64,000 bases of DNA from Lytechinus pictus (lineage: Eukaryota), in NCBI RefSeq assembly GCF_037042905.1, contig NC_087245.1, positions 11,596,001 through 11,660,000 of the forward strand, in the 5' to 3' direction. Both the position numbers and the translations under genes were made by a program. Shown here in pieces: positions 13,331 to 28,100 of the stretch (positions within the stretch are counted from its first letter, which is position 1; each line of letters begins with the position of its first letter). The notes under the pieces are model-generated. The model was not told the DNA's origin. It worked only from the letters and a program-made list of their open reading frames with translations, and ran no database searches.

Positions 13331-14508
13331 ACCAAAGAATGATCTTTAAAAATCAAGCACCTTATGTTATCTTTCAATTAATGATACGATACGCACGTTT
13401 GACTGTTTGTCCACATAGCATGAAAATTTGTGCATCCATATGAATTCATGCTTGGGTTTCTGTGAAAAGAATCGTATCAAATCAATCTTCTCAAAGAGGT
13501 AAAAGTATCAAGCTCGTATAAACTGTTTTAAAGGACTTAGTTGTTGTTGTTGTTGACAGGAATAATAGGATAAAAAGGTCCACAGCGAGTAATAGGGCAG
13601 GGAGATAAAAGGGGAAATGGTAGAAAGAGAGATAGAGGTAATCAGGGATAAGTAAAGTGCATACAGCAGGATGTCCTGAGTGGATTAGCGAAAAATAAGA
13701 AAACAGATACAAAATAAAAATGGAAAGAAATTACACGAACAATGTATTTTCCGACTATATTTCCCTATAAGCTTATATTTAGATTTTAGTCGACCTTTTG
13801 GGGTCATCATCATTTTCGTTCATTCATTTACACATTTATTCATACATTAATTAATTGATTAATTTATACATTGTTAGTTCAAATGTATCCACTCATTCAT
13901 GTCTTCATTCATAATATTCATTATCTAATTTATTTATCTTTTTGTCTGATATTATTTAAGGATGTACTCCGTAAAGATTCATTCAAAAATTCCGGCTGTG
14001 TTCCCTGAATTGCTTTTGTTGTCATTTCATTTGTCTGCCTCAAATGAATGATAAACCCCTGCCTTTATCTCAATTCATAAATCACCGACGCGTTATATTC
14101 TCCCTCAAAATAGAATTTAATATTCAACAGGTTATTAAGCAAAAAGCTTTGACAAGCTATTTGAAATATTAACCAAAGTTTTTAGAACAGACTGCAAAGA
14201 TAACAGTGGCATATGTTAATCTAAGAACAGATTGCAATAAAATACCAGCTATTATATGGCCTGTTTGGACCCCTTTTGTATCACTGTGTTATAAATAATG
14301 ATAGTGGTTTGATAGCCAGAGGGGAATCGTATTGTATTTTCTTCCATCTATCTATTTTTTGTCACCATTCTCTTCAATTATCTTGTCTAATCTACCCCTT
14401 CCTCGTTATCTCTTCAACAAGTAGATGGAGTGTAGTACTGCGGAACGTATGTAGGAAAATTAACATAGATCAGATTACTGCTAGAGGAAAAAATTATATC
14501 TATGTGGG

Positions 14509-14779
14509 CACTGGCGGATCCAGGGGGGGGGGGGGGGAGCAAAGCCGACCCGTGCCTTTGAGAGGCACAATTAAAATTTGTAATGTAAAAATGCCGTTAA
14601 AACAGAAGTGTGCCCCCTCCTGTTGAAAGTGAAGATCTTTTTTTTTTTTGGCTTGTCCAATTGTCTCGTGGACGAAATGTCCTTAATCTTTGGTTAAAAA
14701 CCTTTCTTATTGCTTGTCAAATTTTTCCTCGGAAAAAAATGTGCCCCCCCCCCCTTGGAAAATCCTGGATCCGCCCATG
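14509..14779 (+). mobile_element. hAT-like MITE (CACTGGCGGATCCAGG...CCTGGATCCGCCCATG)
   Basis: TIRs; degenerate TSD tatgtggg/taaatggg; homologous to 16119-16400 in the opposite orientation. Confidence 0.8.
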
Positions 14780-16118
14780 TAAATGGGCCCTGTCTTATGA
14801 AGAGTTACGATTGATCCAATCAAACACAACTATGGAAAGCCAACGCCAACTTCTAAAATGCATGTTTGGTCTGAATGTTTTCTTATATATACTCATACAT
14901 TCATCGTTGTCCTGACAGGTCTTCGTTTACAAAGGACATTATGCAAATTTCCAACAGGTATTTCTTATGACAGTGATGAATTTTCATATAGTTTGATTGG
15001 ATCAATTACAATTCTTTGTAAGACAGGCCCCAGTAACAAATCATATTATGTCACTTTTGAATTATATCAAAACCTTTCCGCTTTCCTCATTAACAAACTT
15101 TCTTTTTATTCTAAAATAATTCAATACAGTCATCTTCAAATGTTTTTTCGGATCAAATTCACTGGGACCAATCGACACATGGCGTATACATATAACTAAA
15201 TAATAGAAAATTCTCTTTTTTTCAAATCTTTGGTAAACACAAAAATGATAAGAACATGTAAAGCTTATACATAGTCGTTAAATTACTTTCCCTCCATTAT
15301 CATTATTATACAGGCATTCAAATGAAAAGAATGATTGTTTTCAAAAATACTTAACCGGAATAGTGCAGTGTGGCTTTATTTTTATTTTTCTCTGTGGGGG
15401 AAATAGATCATGTATGATTTCTGGTATGAAAATGATCATGAAGAGAGAAATTGTTGAAATTAGACGAATTTCCACATTTTCTCTAAATCTTAAAGAAATC
15501 CGCTAATATGGAGTTTCACGCCAGTTTGCCGCACAGACATGAATTATCCGTGAAGATGAAATCTGAAATATGACGGTCTGACTGACCAGTGTAGCAAGTT
15601 ATACACACACCAACTGTGTTATTTCTTCGCCGACTGCCAGGCCTATCAGCTCATATCAATTACGATACCTCTATTCTATCACGGGCTTGGTAAAGGTATT
15701 GCTGAAATAGTATCCATTTTATAATTATGTTTCCTAACAGAGAACTAATGCAATGATTTGATCATGATGTCAATTTTGCAAGCTATTTTCGTACCAAATC
15801 AAGTTGATATTTTCAAAGACTAGGCCCTATGATTTTCAATATTTCAGACTAAAAATATGACAGATTCTTTTGCCTGTGGATTCAAAAGCAACTTTCACAG
15901 TTTGTACTAACCAATATTTTATAAACATGTTTATTGTTTAGGCATATTCGTTACATATTACCATGATAATGGTGTATGATTTTTGCACGACCACGGCAAT
16001 ATCTTGCAATCGTGATTAAGGAAATATATGAATATACGATTATTGTAATTGAGTATCGAATATGTTTTAATAATGCATCTTTAAAAAAAATTATGCCTTT
16101 GTATTAGTTGCTTTAAAC

Positions 16119-16400
16119 CAGGGTCGCATCCAGGATTTTCCAAAAGGGGGGGGGGCACATTTTCCGGATTTTTTTAATGAAAATTTTGACAAGCAAAAAA
16201 AAGGTATTTAACCAAAAATTAAGGATATTTAGTACCCGAAAAAAATTTGACAAGCAAAAAAAAAAAAAAAAGGCCTTCACTTTTAAAAAGACGGGGCACA
16301 CCTCTGTTTTAATGGTATTTTTACATTACAAATTTTAATTTTGCTTCTCAAGGGGGGGGGGGGCACGGGCCGGCAGTGCTTCCCTCTGGATCCGCTAGTG
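16119..16400 (-). mobile_element. hAT-like MITE, inverted copy of the 14509 family
   Basis: Perfect 8-bp TSD ctttaaac (16111-16118 and 16401-16408); internal sequence is the reverse complement of 14509-14779. Confidence 0.85.
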
Positions 16401-16539
16401 CTTTAAACTAATTGAATTCAAATTCGTGTTATCACTCTTTTTTTTTCTTTATTCATTTATTTAAGTTTATAACGTCATGAATTGGAATAAGCTTGATGTT
16501 TCAAAATGTAATGTTATATGAATGGTTCTCATTCATTCA

Positions 16540-16920
16540 CTCGCTATGATAAAATATCTCCAAATCGATACACTGGAAATAAGTATAAGGGAAAAGAGCA
16601 GACTGACAATGATGTTTAAGAACCAGAACAATATTTTTTATATAAACAAAGAGGAATACATGAACTTGATTTCCACAAGGGAGACGAGGAACAGTAGTGG
16701 TAACCGCGTAGAAGAACCGTTTTCCCGGACAGAAACTTACAAAAATACATTCTTGCCAAGAACAATCAGAGCTTGGAACTTATTAGATTCAAATGTAAAG
16801 AATAAAATGTATGTAGAGAGTTTCAGAGCAGCACTCTCATCCACACGAGAGCAGCACGCTGGTGATTTGCAGTCCACTGCCCTGCCGATGTGACTTCAGA
16901 AGGTTCAGAAGAAGGTAAGC
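16540..16920 (+). mobile_element. LINE (CR1-group) ORF2 C-terminal remnant
   Basis: ORF 16522..16893 contains REKSRLTMMFK...SRTETYKNTFLPRTIRAWNLL...VESFRAAL, with a short AGA-rich tail. Confidence 0.8.
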
Positions 16921-19772
16921 TGAAAAGAACCATGTTATTAAAAGGCCTATTGCTCATCATCTTCATCATCACGATTATTTCTATCATTATTAAACCAGAA
17001 GGAACGCGTAACTGAAATGATTTTGAAATATATCATTTAAAAAAAAAGAATTTTCGTTTACCACTATACTTCAATTTTTAGATCTATAGAAAAATAGCGC
17101 CGATGGACTCCCCAGTAAGGACCCTGTCATGAAACCTAAAAACAAATCTGACTAAATTTATTTCTTTCGGAGTAAAAGTAAGACCAAACATTTTCTAGAG
17201 TAAGACTTACCTAGGCATTGGTAATATGGCCATCTGGTCGTCTCGAGTTTTTGCCTCCAAATCAGTCAAACGCAGATGAAGCACGTCGATCTCGAGCAAA
17301 TTCCCCGCAAAAGGGGTTCTAGATTTTCTTCCAGTTTATTCTAATTCTCTTAGATTTGTTCTTAAAATGCTATAACAATGATTACAATTTTGAGCGATGT
17401 TGCCAGTGGATGGCAACTGCAGAATAAATCTGCACTGAAATTCAAATTGATTTTTAATATGAAATTAATACTGAATATCAATGAAAGACTTGGTGCCAGG
17501 CATGGTGTGATCATCCACTGGAGCTAGTCATCAACCAAACTGAAATCTCGGTCCCTTTCTAACAACTCGCCGTGAAACTCGCTCAACAGTGTGATTAAAA
17601 TGCGGCGAACAACAATAGAACCACACGCCGTTTCTTACGTGTTGGCTATTGTAATAGACCAACAACCAAAATTGAAACAGCAAAAGAGAGGAGGGGGAAA
17701 GTCAGATTCGCAAAGCTGCACTAAGTCAGCCCCTTTGCTTTTGACGAGGCTCTATCGTGTGCTGGCCATTATGAAAAGGGTCAGTGTAAATTACATTGAT
17801 TAACAGGTATCTTGTTCCTGATTGGCTAGTTCAATAACTCTCAGACAATCTGTTGCATTGTACGCATGCGTAATTGATCTCTCCGGTACCTGGTTGAGAG
17901 CGAAAGATAATAATCTACCACCGTAGGATTTTCAAGCAAAGGGAGATTATATAAAATTCAGAAAAAAATATTAAACACCATAACCTTAGTAACCCTAATT
18001 TTAGTCAGAGAATGAGAGAGCGAAGGAGATGGATTTACCAAATTAGAGAGCAGTTTGATATATATATATGTATATATTTATATTCAAATTATCAGTTATT
18101 ATACTGTTCATATTATTTAAATGTATTAATTTTGATATCGTGTATCAGTGTATTTTTATGTCTTTCCCTCTTAGCTGTACACTGAACCAAGAAGGGTACA
18201 TGTGTGAAACAAAATTGAAGTTTTAAAAAAAGCATCATTAAACAAGATAAAATCCTATAGTAAAATCATATAAAAACATCTCTCTCATCATACTAATTTT
18301 GTTTTCCTAAGCTTAAGTTGTGTTTACGATAATTAGGAAGAATAAGCTTTCCCATTGACAGCATGCTAAACTCCGAGCAAGGAAAAGATAAGAACGTAAC
18401 TTAGCCTTTTCTCAGAATTTTTTTTTTCTAACAAAAATACGGTATGAATTCCACTCGAATCAGTGTTACTGCGTAAGTCATAATTATTCTTTCTTCTTTA
18501 ACCGATTATTAAAAGCGTGCTATGAAATTAAACGTTTGACACAGCTGAGCAGCGGGACGTCAGTGGACGACGGGCGAGGAGCGCCGCGGAGATGTGAGGA
18601 GGAATCTATTAAATGCTGCTTTCTTTTCGCAATATTGGCGCCTCGCTGTGAATGCTTTGCCCCCCGTGTGCTTATCGGACGGATTGCATGTTGACTGGTG
18701 TCCGCTATGAGGGAGGGAGCGGAAAGGGCGCCGCCGAGATTGTGTATAGTGCTCCGTGATTGAGAAACACGCCTCCTCGAATTAATATTTGGAGCAAAGG
18801 CCTATACAAGGACACGCACATGGTAGCGAATCGCTTCACAGGTGACGCCCCCGTAGTTGCGGCCTAGGAGCACGGTGACAGCCGCTGGATAGACGTACCA
18901 TTATGATGCTCAGCGCCTTAACAATCAACATTGAATTGTACAAGCTCAATCATTTTCATCCCAATATTAGATAATCTATCCTATTATCAAGTTGTCGTAA
19001 TTACTCTTTGAAAAATCAAGTTTCTTCTTCAAATACCCCGTACCATTGTTGATTTCAAATGAAAGAACAAGTGTAAGCCTAATTGAATCTTATAAACAGT
19101 ATATAAGATGATGGAAAGGGATCATCCCTAAAAGGGTCGATGAGCACTGGCGTTCTGTTGGGGGGGGGGGCTTGAGGCCATGGCCCCCAAAAAAGTTAAC
19201 ATCAAAGAATGAAAAAAGGGAGAAAAGGAAAGAAACATTCGAAAGAAAACGGAAAGAGCGATTTTCTGAATATTTTGTCAAAATCTATCCCAAAATAAGT
19301 TTTTATTTCCCACCCTTTCTACTCTCAGTATTTAAATACTATATAGGCCTATACCAAGATATCGGTCTCCGTGATAAGCTTGATTAAAAAAAAATAAAGT
19401 CAGGGCTTGGAAGATGAGAAGACATTACCAGTTTTTCATAAATTCAAGTAGGTTTAAGTTGGGTAATGCATATAGGTGATTCTAATAACAATTACCTAAT
19501 CTAGGAGGTAATGTATGGGAAACAGATACGAGGTGTTGATAGTAGTCGTATAGACCTACGCAGAGAAACATGTTACAAATCCTTGGCGTCACAAAAATCC
19601 GGGAAAAAAATACTAAAGATTCCAAGGCATTTAAGTGATAAGGCTTTATTGGTATGTAGAAATTAAGGACTATCAATGAATTACTTACCATGTTTACCGT
19701 GAAGATATGCATATGAATATTGACTGGTGAGATATGTATACTCTTAATGGATTCATAAAATATAGTCCTTAA

Positions 19773-20352
19773 AGGAAAAGTCCACCCCAAAAAGTTGATT
19801 TGAATAAAAGGAGAAAAATTCAACAAGCATAACACTGATAATTTCATCAAAATCGGATGTAAAATAAGAAATTATGACATTTAAAGTTTTGCTTAATTTC
19901 ACAAAACAGTTATATGCACATCCTGGCTGGTATGCAAATGAGGAGACTATGATGTCATCCACTCACTATTTCTTTTGTATTTTATTATATGAAATATTCT
20001 AATTTTCTCCTCATTGTCAAGTTATACAACGATTAATTCCTCCCTGAACATGTGGAATTAGCATTGTTTAATACTATAGGGTTAAGTCAAGTTGGTCCTT
20101 ATTGTCAAATCTATAAAAAATGAAATATTGTATATATAATTCAAACAATAAAAAACAAAAGAAATAGTGAGTGATGGACATCATCGTCTGACTCACCTAG
20201 TTGTGCATCACTGTTTTGTGAAAAATAAGCGAAACTTTAAAAGGTTATAACTTTCTTATTTTACATCCGATTTTGATGAAATTTTCGGCACTATGCCAGT
20301 TTGATTTTTCTCTATTTATTCAAGTCAGCGTTTTCCTGGGGTGGACTTGACT
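19773..20352. mobile_element. TTAA-flanked long-TIR MITE (Kolobok-like), AGGAAAAGTCCACCCCA...TGGGGTGGACTTGACT
   Basis: TTAA on both sides (19769-72, 20353-56). About 200-bp inverted arms including atttcatcaaaatcggatgtaaaataagaaa. Confidence 0.85.
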
Positions 20353-23300
20353 TTAAAATCTCCCTGTTTTAAGTCAATATATACAAAAATTTCAGCTCGC
20401 GCTTCGCGCTCGCATTGTTTAGTGAGAGAGGTACGTATCATGATTAGAACAATTTGATTATAATGTCCCTTTTTAGGTCTGAATATCAATAATTTTCAGC
20501 TCGCGCTTCGCGCTCGCATTATTTGATCAGTGAGATACATATCCGTTTAATGGCATTGTCCTTAAAATATCTCTATTACCTGGCAACTGAGTGTGCGTTC
20601 ACTAAGTGACTCAAAATTTTTGCTGGTGCCCCCCCCCCCATGCCGTGACCCACGGTACGCCACTGTATGTATATAAATTATGTATAATATGCAAAATGCT
20701 ATAACTTTCTCCTCTTACATCTGATTTGAATGGAAATTTTAGTGTTATGCTTCCTTGATTTCCTCTTTTTATTTTAAGCCATGATGGCTGGCGTCTCTAA
20801 TCATCTGATAATGTTTGAAGGAAAGGCAGAAGAATTTTATATTAATTTTAATTTAAATCATGGATATACCTCAGTGGTTGAATATTAATATGAGTTGTGA
20901 ATTCTTTTTTAAAACAAAATTTACGATTCACTATGAACTGCTTAACATATTTATGATAATAAAAATTGTCACACAACAATTAATTCATTAATGATACACA
21001 CCATCTTTTTACATATTCTTTTTCATTCTTGCATTATGAAAAAATATGTTGATTCATCTTAAAGACAATGCACACACACTTATGCGATATCAACAAAGAA
21101 ATATTAAATAAGAACCAAAGTTTATTTTATTCTGCGTAAGCTGTATTCAATATATAACCTACACTCGCATAAAGATGTTGCCTCAACGGAGTCATTCTTT
21201 TTCATTCTTTTATAAGAGGATAACATGTATTACCACTTTACCGCAAAAATCAATTATAAAGTACATTTATATGAATAAGAGTGTATCTCGCATCAGATGC
21301 AATATTTTACGATATAATGTAAATTCTCTTATTAATTGATGCATATGACGAAAAATTCGCTTTCATAAAATTAATTAAAAAGCCAATCATAAAAATATAG
21401 GTATAAGAATAAAAGCCGGAAAAAAAACGTGCTTTCTGTGGAATTTCACGTGAGTTTTGGCAAAGAAACTTGTCTAACAATCGCTCGATAGACACTATAC
21501 CCAATACTTAATGGTTTACGAAATAGCATAGAAAACGTAAAATTCATGATAAAACCGACAAAATGGGCATGCTTACAGAATTGCTATGAGTAAGCGTAAG
21601 CTAATTCAGAATTATAATGCATCTTTACGTGCTGTTTTACCGATCCCGATCACGTTAATTTACTTGGAACCTAAAGAGAGTGGGGTTGTTTGGCAGTGTT
21701 TTAACGACTTTTGTTCCACCTTGCTTCAAAAAGATAGAGAAAAGAGGTGCAACTCTCTATATTGTATAGACTCTCGGTAATTCATTATGAGTGTAAAGTT
21801 TAAACGAGTAACAATAAATGAACAAACACTGTATATACCTGTATACTAACGATCAGTCTTATCAATGATGAAGTTAAATGAGAAGAACGAAGAAACAGAA
21901 ATATACTAACATTAGGGAAACAGTAGGAATATATAAGAACATCATATTGTCGAAATCAAAAGAAAATCAGACTTGTTATAATGATACAGGATGACAAAGG
22001 CAATATTAGTGGGCTGACTTTTTATACGGTACATTACAAGCGAAGCGAGTAAGTCGATAATTCATTAACTAACAAAAGGATGATTTGTACCAAAATAATA
22101 ATGGTGTAAGAAGAACAACATAATGATAATAATAATTACAGGAAATCCGATGTAAATCATGATTTTGAAAATATATACAATGATTTAACAACAAATATAA
22201 AATCTATTAGGGGAAGCAGACTTCTCCCATCAAATCGCGAGTACGTCTTTGTCAACTGAATGAGTAAATGCAACGAGGGAAGAAAATGTTACTACAATGG
22301 CTATTGCAGGATGGTGGATGTGATGGAAGACGGGGAAAACAAACCTTAGAAGAAAAAGTAACCTTCGGTACACTGATTGCAATTGTTTAAAGACATAACA
22401 TGCAAAAAAGGCTTCTCGCTTCGAAGGGGATAGCAAGTTATACAAGATGCACAACGAGCAGATAAACATTATTTTATCACTTCGGTACATCATTAGATAT
22501 CTTTTATACGAATTGGCGGGAACCACACAAAAGTTATAAATTCTTTGCTATCTATTATAGAGCAGCTGTGAAAAAATATTTTGGTTCAAAAGTTTCGCTT
22601 TTAAGAAGCTATACCAGCATGACAAATGTTGCATTAAGTGGTGTAAAATACCCTCTTTCTATTCTTCTTGTGATAGATGGTTTATCTAATGATAATGCAC
22701 CATATGTTAGAGGGTTTTTTTCGAAACAATATCCAGGAATCAATTCAAAGTTTCTGTGATCTCAGCCTTCTAGTACGTGTTGGTAATCATCTCTCTTCGT
22801 GATGCATCAAACAAACCCACTTTCCAACCTAACGCATGCACTTCCCAAGATTAACGTGAATAACTTAATCCATAAAGAGTACAATACGATGTACCTATAC
22901 CCAGTTTTATTCAATTTGACACGATTTTACCATTTTATGACTTTGTAAAAAAAAAAAGCCAGAACACTCCCCGCTAAAAGTGTATCATGGCATTCTTTAT
23001 CACGTTTATCACTGTCATATACTGCGCAGTATTGTTACAAAGGAAAGGGCAAAAGAAGAAGGTAACAGGATATACATGTTAGTTAACAATATGGGGGCTC
23101 ATTATTAGTTAATTCTACTTTTCGGAAACTTTCAAAATATAGAAATATGTACAGTTTTGAAGCAGACTTGGAATGTCAATTAATTTGTACTTTATGTATA
23201 GTAAATCAGAAATGACATGTTCAATCCAGCTCAATCCACGTTTTGGATGGGGGGGGGGAGTGAAGAATAAATGTCAACAAAAAAATCGGCGTACTCCCCA

Positions 23301-24065
23301 CGCCAAATAATAATACAATTTTGTACGCGGAGCGCGCCGAAAATTGAAAAATCTTATATGTTTGATAGCGATTTAACGCCAAGTTTAATTGTTTTATATT
23401 GATTTCCAATGCTTTATTTATGCTCTATATACATAATTATATTTGCATTGCAGTTTTCAAGTTGTCTAATTATGTTTGCATTGTATATCATTAAAATATT
23501 TAAAGTTGTCAAAATTATTGCCATGGGGCGATCGATCCCTGCACACCCCCCCCCCCCGATCGACACGCCTCTCATAATTATGGATGCAGAACGGAGTCTA
23601 TCTTCCCTGCGCCCACCCATATGGAGCTGTTGATTGCATGAATAGACAATGTGATTAGCAAAACTGGATACAATATGATGCAGGGGATTTTTTTTTTTCG
23701 CTTGAGAAAAAATTAGGAGAAAATCAATATAGGCCTACTCTTCGCAAGTTCGGTGATGTTATTACTTAAAAAAGATATATCGAAATAATTTGATGAAAGA
23801 TATCGGATGTGGAATCATGCCAACACATGCCTTTCAACGTTATTTCTCATTCTCATTGTCTAACATAGCAGCACATATAAGTTTACCGATACACAGCACT
23901 GCATTAGCCGAGCACTTGTAACACAGTCCTGTTCTTCACCTCTGTTTGAAAAAAGGTGACCCTGATTTCATGTTATGTATACAATAATTATTTGCTATAT
24001 ATGCCTATATTCCCAGTGATATGTTCACTTACATGGTATCTGTCATGATCTCACACTGACATTAA

Positions 24066-24647
24066 AGGGATGGTCCGGGCTGAAAATATTTATATCTTAA
24101 TACATAGAGTAGAATTCACTGAGCAAAATTCCGAAAATTTCATCAAAATCGGATGACAAATAATAAAGTTATTGAAGTTTAAAATTTAGCAATATTTTGT
24201 GAAAACAGTCGTCATGAATATTCATTAGGTGGGCTGATGATGTCACATCTCCACTTTCCGTTTTCTTATGTTATTACATAAAATCATATCTTTTTCATTA
24301 TTTCATACTTGTGAGAATAATATGTCTCCCTTATAATGAAATAAGTTGCAGCAATAAATATCTAATGCACTATATCATTTGTCATTCCAATTTTTCTACT
24401 TCTTGGAGGAAAAAATTTGAATAAACCTCATTTCATATAATAACATACAAAAGACCAAGTGGAGATGTGACATCATCAGCCCACCTAATGAATATTCATG
24501 ACGACTGTTTTCCCCAAATATTGCTAAACTTTAAAATTCAATAACTTTGTTATTTGTTATCCGATTTTGATGAAATTTTTGGCATTTTGCTTAGTGAATT
24601 CTACTCTATTTATTAAGCTATAAATACTTTCAGCCCGGTCCATCCCT
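24066..24647. mobile_element. TTAA-flanked long-TIR MITE (Kolobok-like), AGGGATGGTCCGGGCTGAAA
   Basis: TTAA at 24062-65 and 24648-51; about 200-bp near-perfect inverted arms. Confidence 0.9.
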
Positions 24648-24651
24648 TTAA

Positions 24652-24888
24652 AGGTGTTGTGGCTCAGTGGATAAGTCTCCAGACTTTGAACCACAAGGTC
24701 CGGGGCTCGATTCCCACCGCAGCACTCGCTTCCTTTGGCAAGGCGTTTATCTATATTTGCCACTCTCCATCCAGGTGTAATAAATGGGTACCCGGTCGGA
24801 AGGAATTCCTTGAATGATCGGGTAATAGTACGCATCGCTTAAAACATTTGTATCAAGCGCTATATGAAATGTTATTATTATTATTATT
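24652..24888 (+). mobile_element. tRNA-derived SINE
   Basis: A-box-like tggctcagtgg, B-box-like ggctcgattcc, core tgccactctccatccaggtg...aaatgggtacccgg, then aagcgctat and an (ATT)n tail. Confidence 0.85.
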
Positions 24889-24902
24889 AGAATACAGAGG
24901 TA

Positions 24903-25136
24903 TACAATAAAAACTGTGGTGTTAACCGGTGTACATAGAGGACCATACCGGTTATTTTACACCGGTGTTAAATAGACAGTGTTCGTTTAACACCTATAGG
25001 ATTATTAAAACACCTTTGGTTGTTACATTTAAACTGTTTGTTTTTCAATCTCTATGGTGTAAGTTTAACATCTCAGTGTGTGGTCCTCTATTAACACCAA
25101 CTGGTGTCAGTTTTAACACCACAATTTTTACAGTGA
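24903..25136. mobile_element. Short MITE with AACACC/GGTGTT internal repeats
   Basis: taaaaactgtggtgttaa pairs with ttaacaccacaattttta-cagtg. Confidence 0.6.
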
Positions 25137-28100
25137 TGGATCAAGGGGTGGAGGCACCCCCTCCCCCTAAAAACCTAATTGGGCTCAGTACTCAAATTCA
25201 CGATTGCTCCCATACCCAATATTTATTAATTCAAATAAACATTTATTTCTTTCATTTTCACAAAATTTCACATTTAAATATATAAATTATACAAAGTCAT
25301 CTGTCATAAAAGAGTATGAAATTTATAATGTATAACACATTTGTTAACATTAGAAGGCGTATATCGTTCAGTTCATAAGAGCACTTCTTCCCAATGATCC
25401 TCGGGCTCACTTATAATAAGTTAAATGAGAATGAATCCTAGATTGTCGATTACAAGAATTTTCAAAATTTTTATTCCATTGTTTTGAAGTAATTTCTAAG
25501 GCATAAGACTGATAAAAAATAAATTGATGTATTCTAAACGTTTTACAGGGGCCTTGTGATTATTATTTTTTCTTCCTCTTCTTCTCCGCCTCCTCTCCTC
25601 CCTTCCTCTCATCTTTCTACGATCCCTTTGTATATAATTATTGATGTATCTATTCATGTTAACATATATATTCTTTTATTTATATTGTTTGTTAAAAACT
25701 AGTTTTTAATGTTTATTATGTCAAATGTATATTATGTTCTACAGGCCCCAATGGAAATCAGTTTTTTAACTGTTTGGGCTTTTTAAGCGTTTATGAATAA
25801 AATCAATCTTATCTTTTTTATCTTAAGCTTTTATAAACAACATATACACAGGAACTTTTATTTATCATCATAGTGTTTAAATTGTGTTTCGTTGAAACGC
25901 ATTTATAAACACCGTCTAAATTCAGAAGTTGAATTTTCGAATGTAATATTTATTTTTAAAAGTATAAATAGAGCATTTGTCTGTCCGAGAATGGTTAGTA
26001 GCTCCATGGTGCAAGCACCTAATCAGCATGGACATCGTTCATTATTTTGAGACCTCCATACATTTTAAGATATGTGGCAATTCGTATCAGCATTTTATTT
26101 TATTTTTTTTCGTTTTAGTTAATTTCCTACTTCCTCTCATGATATATATGTTGGAAACTCGATTCCTATCATTCTTAACCATGATAATCACTTATTTACC
26201 CTTCTTCTTTTCTTTCTTTCTTTCTTTCTTCAATTCTGTTTAGTCATACCTTACCCCTCCACCTTACTCTTTCCACTCTCTCATACTTTTCATTTCATCT
26301 TCTTTTCTGCTTTATTTTGTGTATACGAAAATTATGCTGTTGAAAACAAAATGATGCAAAAAGTAAGGAAAATATTAATCTACAAATGTGTGGGGATGAT
26401 GTTATTTTTGGTACCGCAAGCCAATTTTAAGCCTCATTTATGCGCCATTTGAACCTTTTCAATCATCCTAATTGTATTGAAATCAGCGGCGTACTCTCAT
26501 CGAGTATAGATCTTTGCCGCTCTTTGCCTGTCGTTCTGGCACGCAGTTTTACTGGAAGGCGCCACAAACCATTGGCTGACGTCTAAAATGATATCAGGTA
26601 TAAACCCTAAAAAGCCTATAGTGGACGGCGTGCTAGGGCAAGGGGGTGATGTACTCTGGATGCAGGGGCAGTGCTACAAGGGCCCCTGTGTGATTTAAAG
26701 TATTGAACAAGAAAAAGAAAGTAGAGGAAGAAAAGGTGGAAAATGGGGAAGGGATGAGAAAAAAGAAAAGCATCAGAAAGGGAATTATGGGTCGTTTAAC
26801 TCTTCAAAGGTCCTTTCCCCCTTGTCTAGGTTTTAAAACATCGATGCTTCTGAAACGTGTTGAATTTGTATTAAAAAGTTTGATTACAAGTATTAAAAGC
26901 TGCTGTAGTGACTTTTCATCCTTCTTCAAAAATTTTCACATCGTAAGCACGTAGTGTTCTATGATCTGTATTGTCCAAATTATATGAATGGAATAAGAGG
27001 AGAAATATCAGACAATGATTAAAAGAATCAGGTATGCATTTTACAAGATTTTTTTTATATAATACCACATATTTTTTTAACCAAATGGTTTTGATCAACA
27101 TAGACAGGGTTGTTGATAATCTTATTGGTTTATACTTCTAGGGATATACTTAATTCACACTTTAGTCACACTTTATAGTGATTTGAAATCTAATTGTCAT
27201 TTTTGAAGTAAAAATGGTTAATACTTGAACCCAAAATACACAATATGATTTCTTCATTATTTATGAAATGTGCTCACTGAACCTCGATGTGGTACAACAT
27301 GTGAAGGTACATCTTTTTCTGAGAAATGTCTGAAAATAATTTCTGATGAATTTAATGGATTTTGCAATTTGTGAAAATTTAGCTTACTGACCAGTCAAAA
27401 AAAATGTTTTAAAATTGTCAAGAGAGGTATATCAAAATTATGGATAAAAAATCCCCCATATGTAACCTTTGTGACATTATTTTGATAAGTGTTATTTTTA
27501 CCTCACTGTGTGCTCACTCACACCTGACGTGTCGAATTAATTTCATTTTTACACAAAATTTATTGTAGCAACATCCATGCCATGATATTTTGCTAAATAT
27601 CCTATTTTGCAAAAAAAATTATATTATCCAACTCATTAAAATATACACTGCTTTATTCACCAATGTGAATGTCAGAGTACATAATACATCTACCAATCTA
27701 CAATATCTTGTATCAGTAAACATGATGATATGCCACTACACCAGATATATATTGATCAATCCACCATTTCAAATATTTATCAAGGCATCGTGTGGATGTG
27801 TTCATCTATACCGGTGTATTATCCCTCGCCTTTCCCCCGGCTCAATCTCATGACAGATCACTTGCTCTGATAAGACGCATAATTACAATATGATTTGAAT
27901 GTAATGAGCATGTGCGTGAAAATAAACTGCAATAAAAACAAAAGCGCGCGTAATCTCGATCCGTGATGTTCGCAAACCGCCATACCCTTTTTTCTCTCGT
28001 TATATTGATATTATCCCATCATGCCCGTGTCAACCACAAACCAATCCACTTAAAAGCTTTCCAGCACCTTTCTTTATATGCATGTGATGGTTATTAGAGT

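Noticed and set aside
19145..20665. One large CACTGGCG...CGCCACTG element enclosing the TTAA MITE
   Set aside because: The flanks share no TSD, so the two ends may belong to different decayed copies.
24652..24725. tRNA-like sequences (also 28700-28775 on minus and 61888-61958)
   Set aside because: They are SINE heads followed by SINE core and tail, with no intact cloverleaf.
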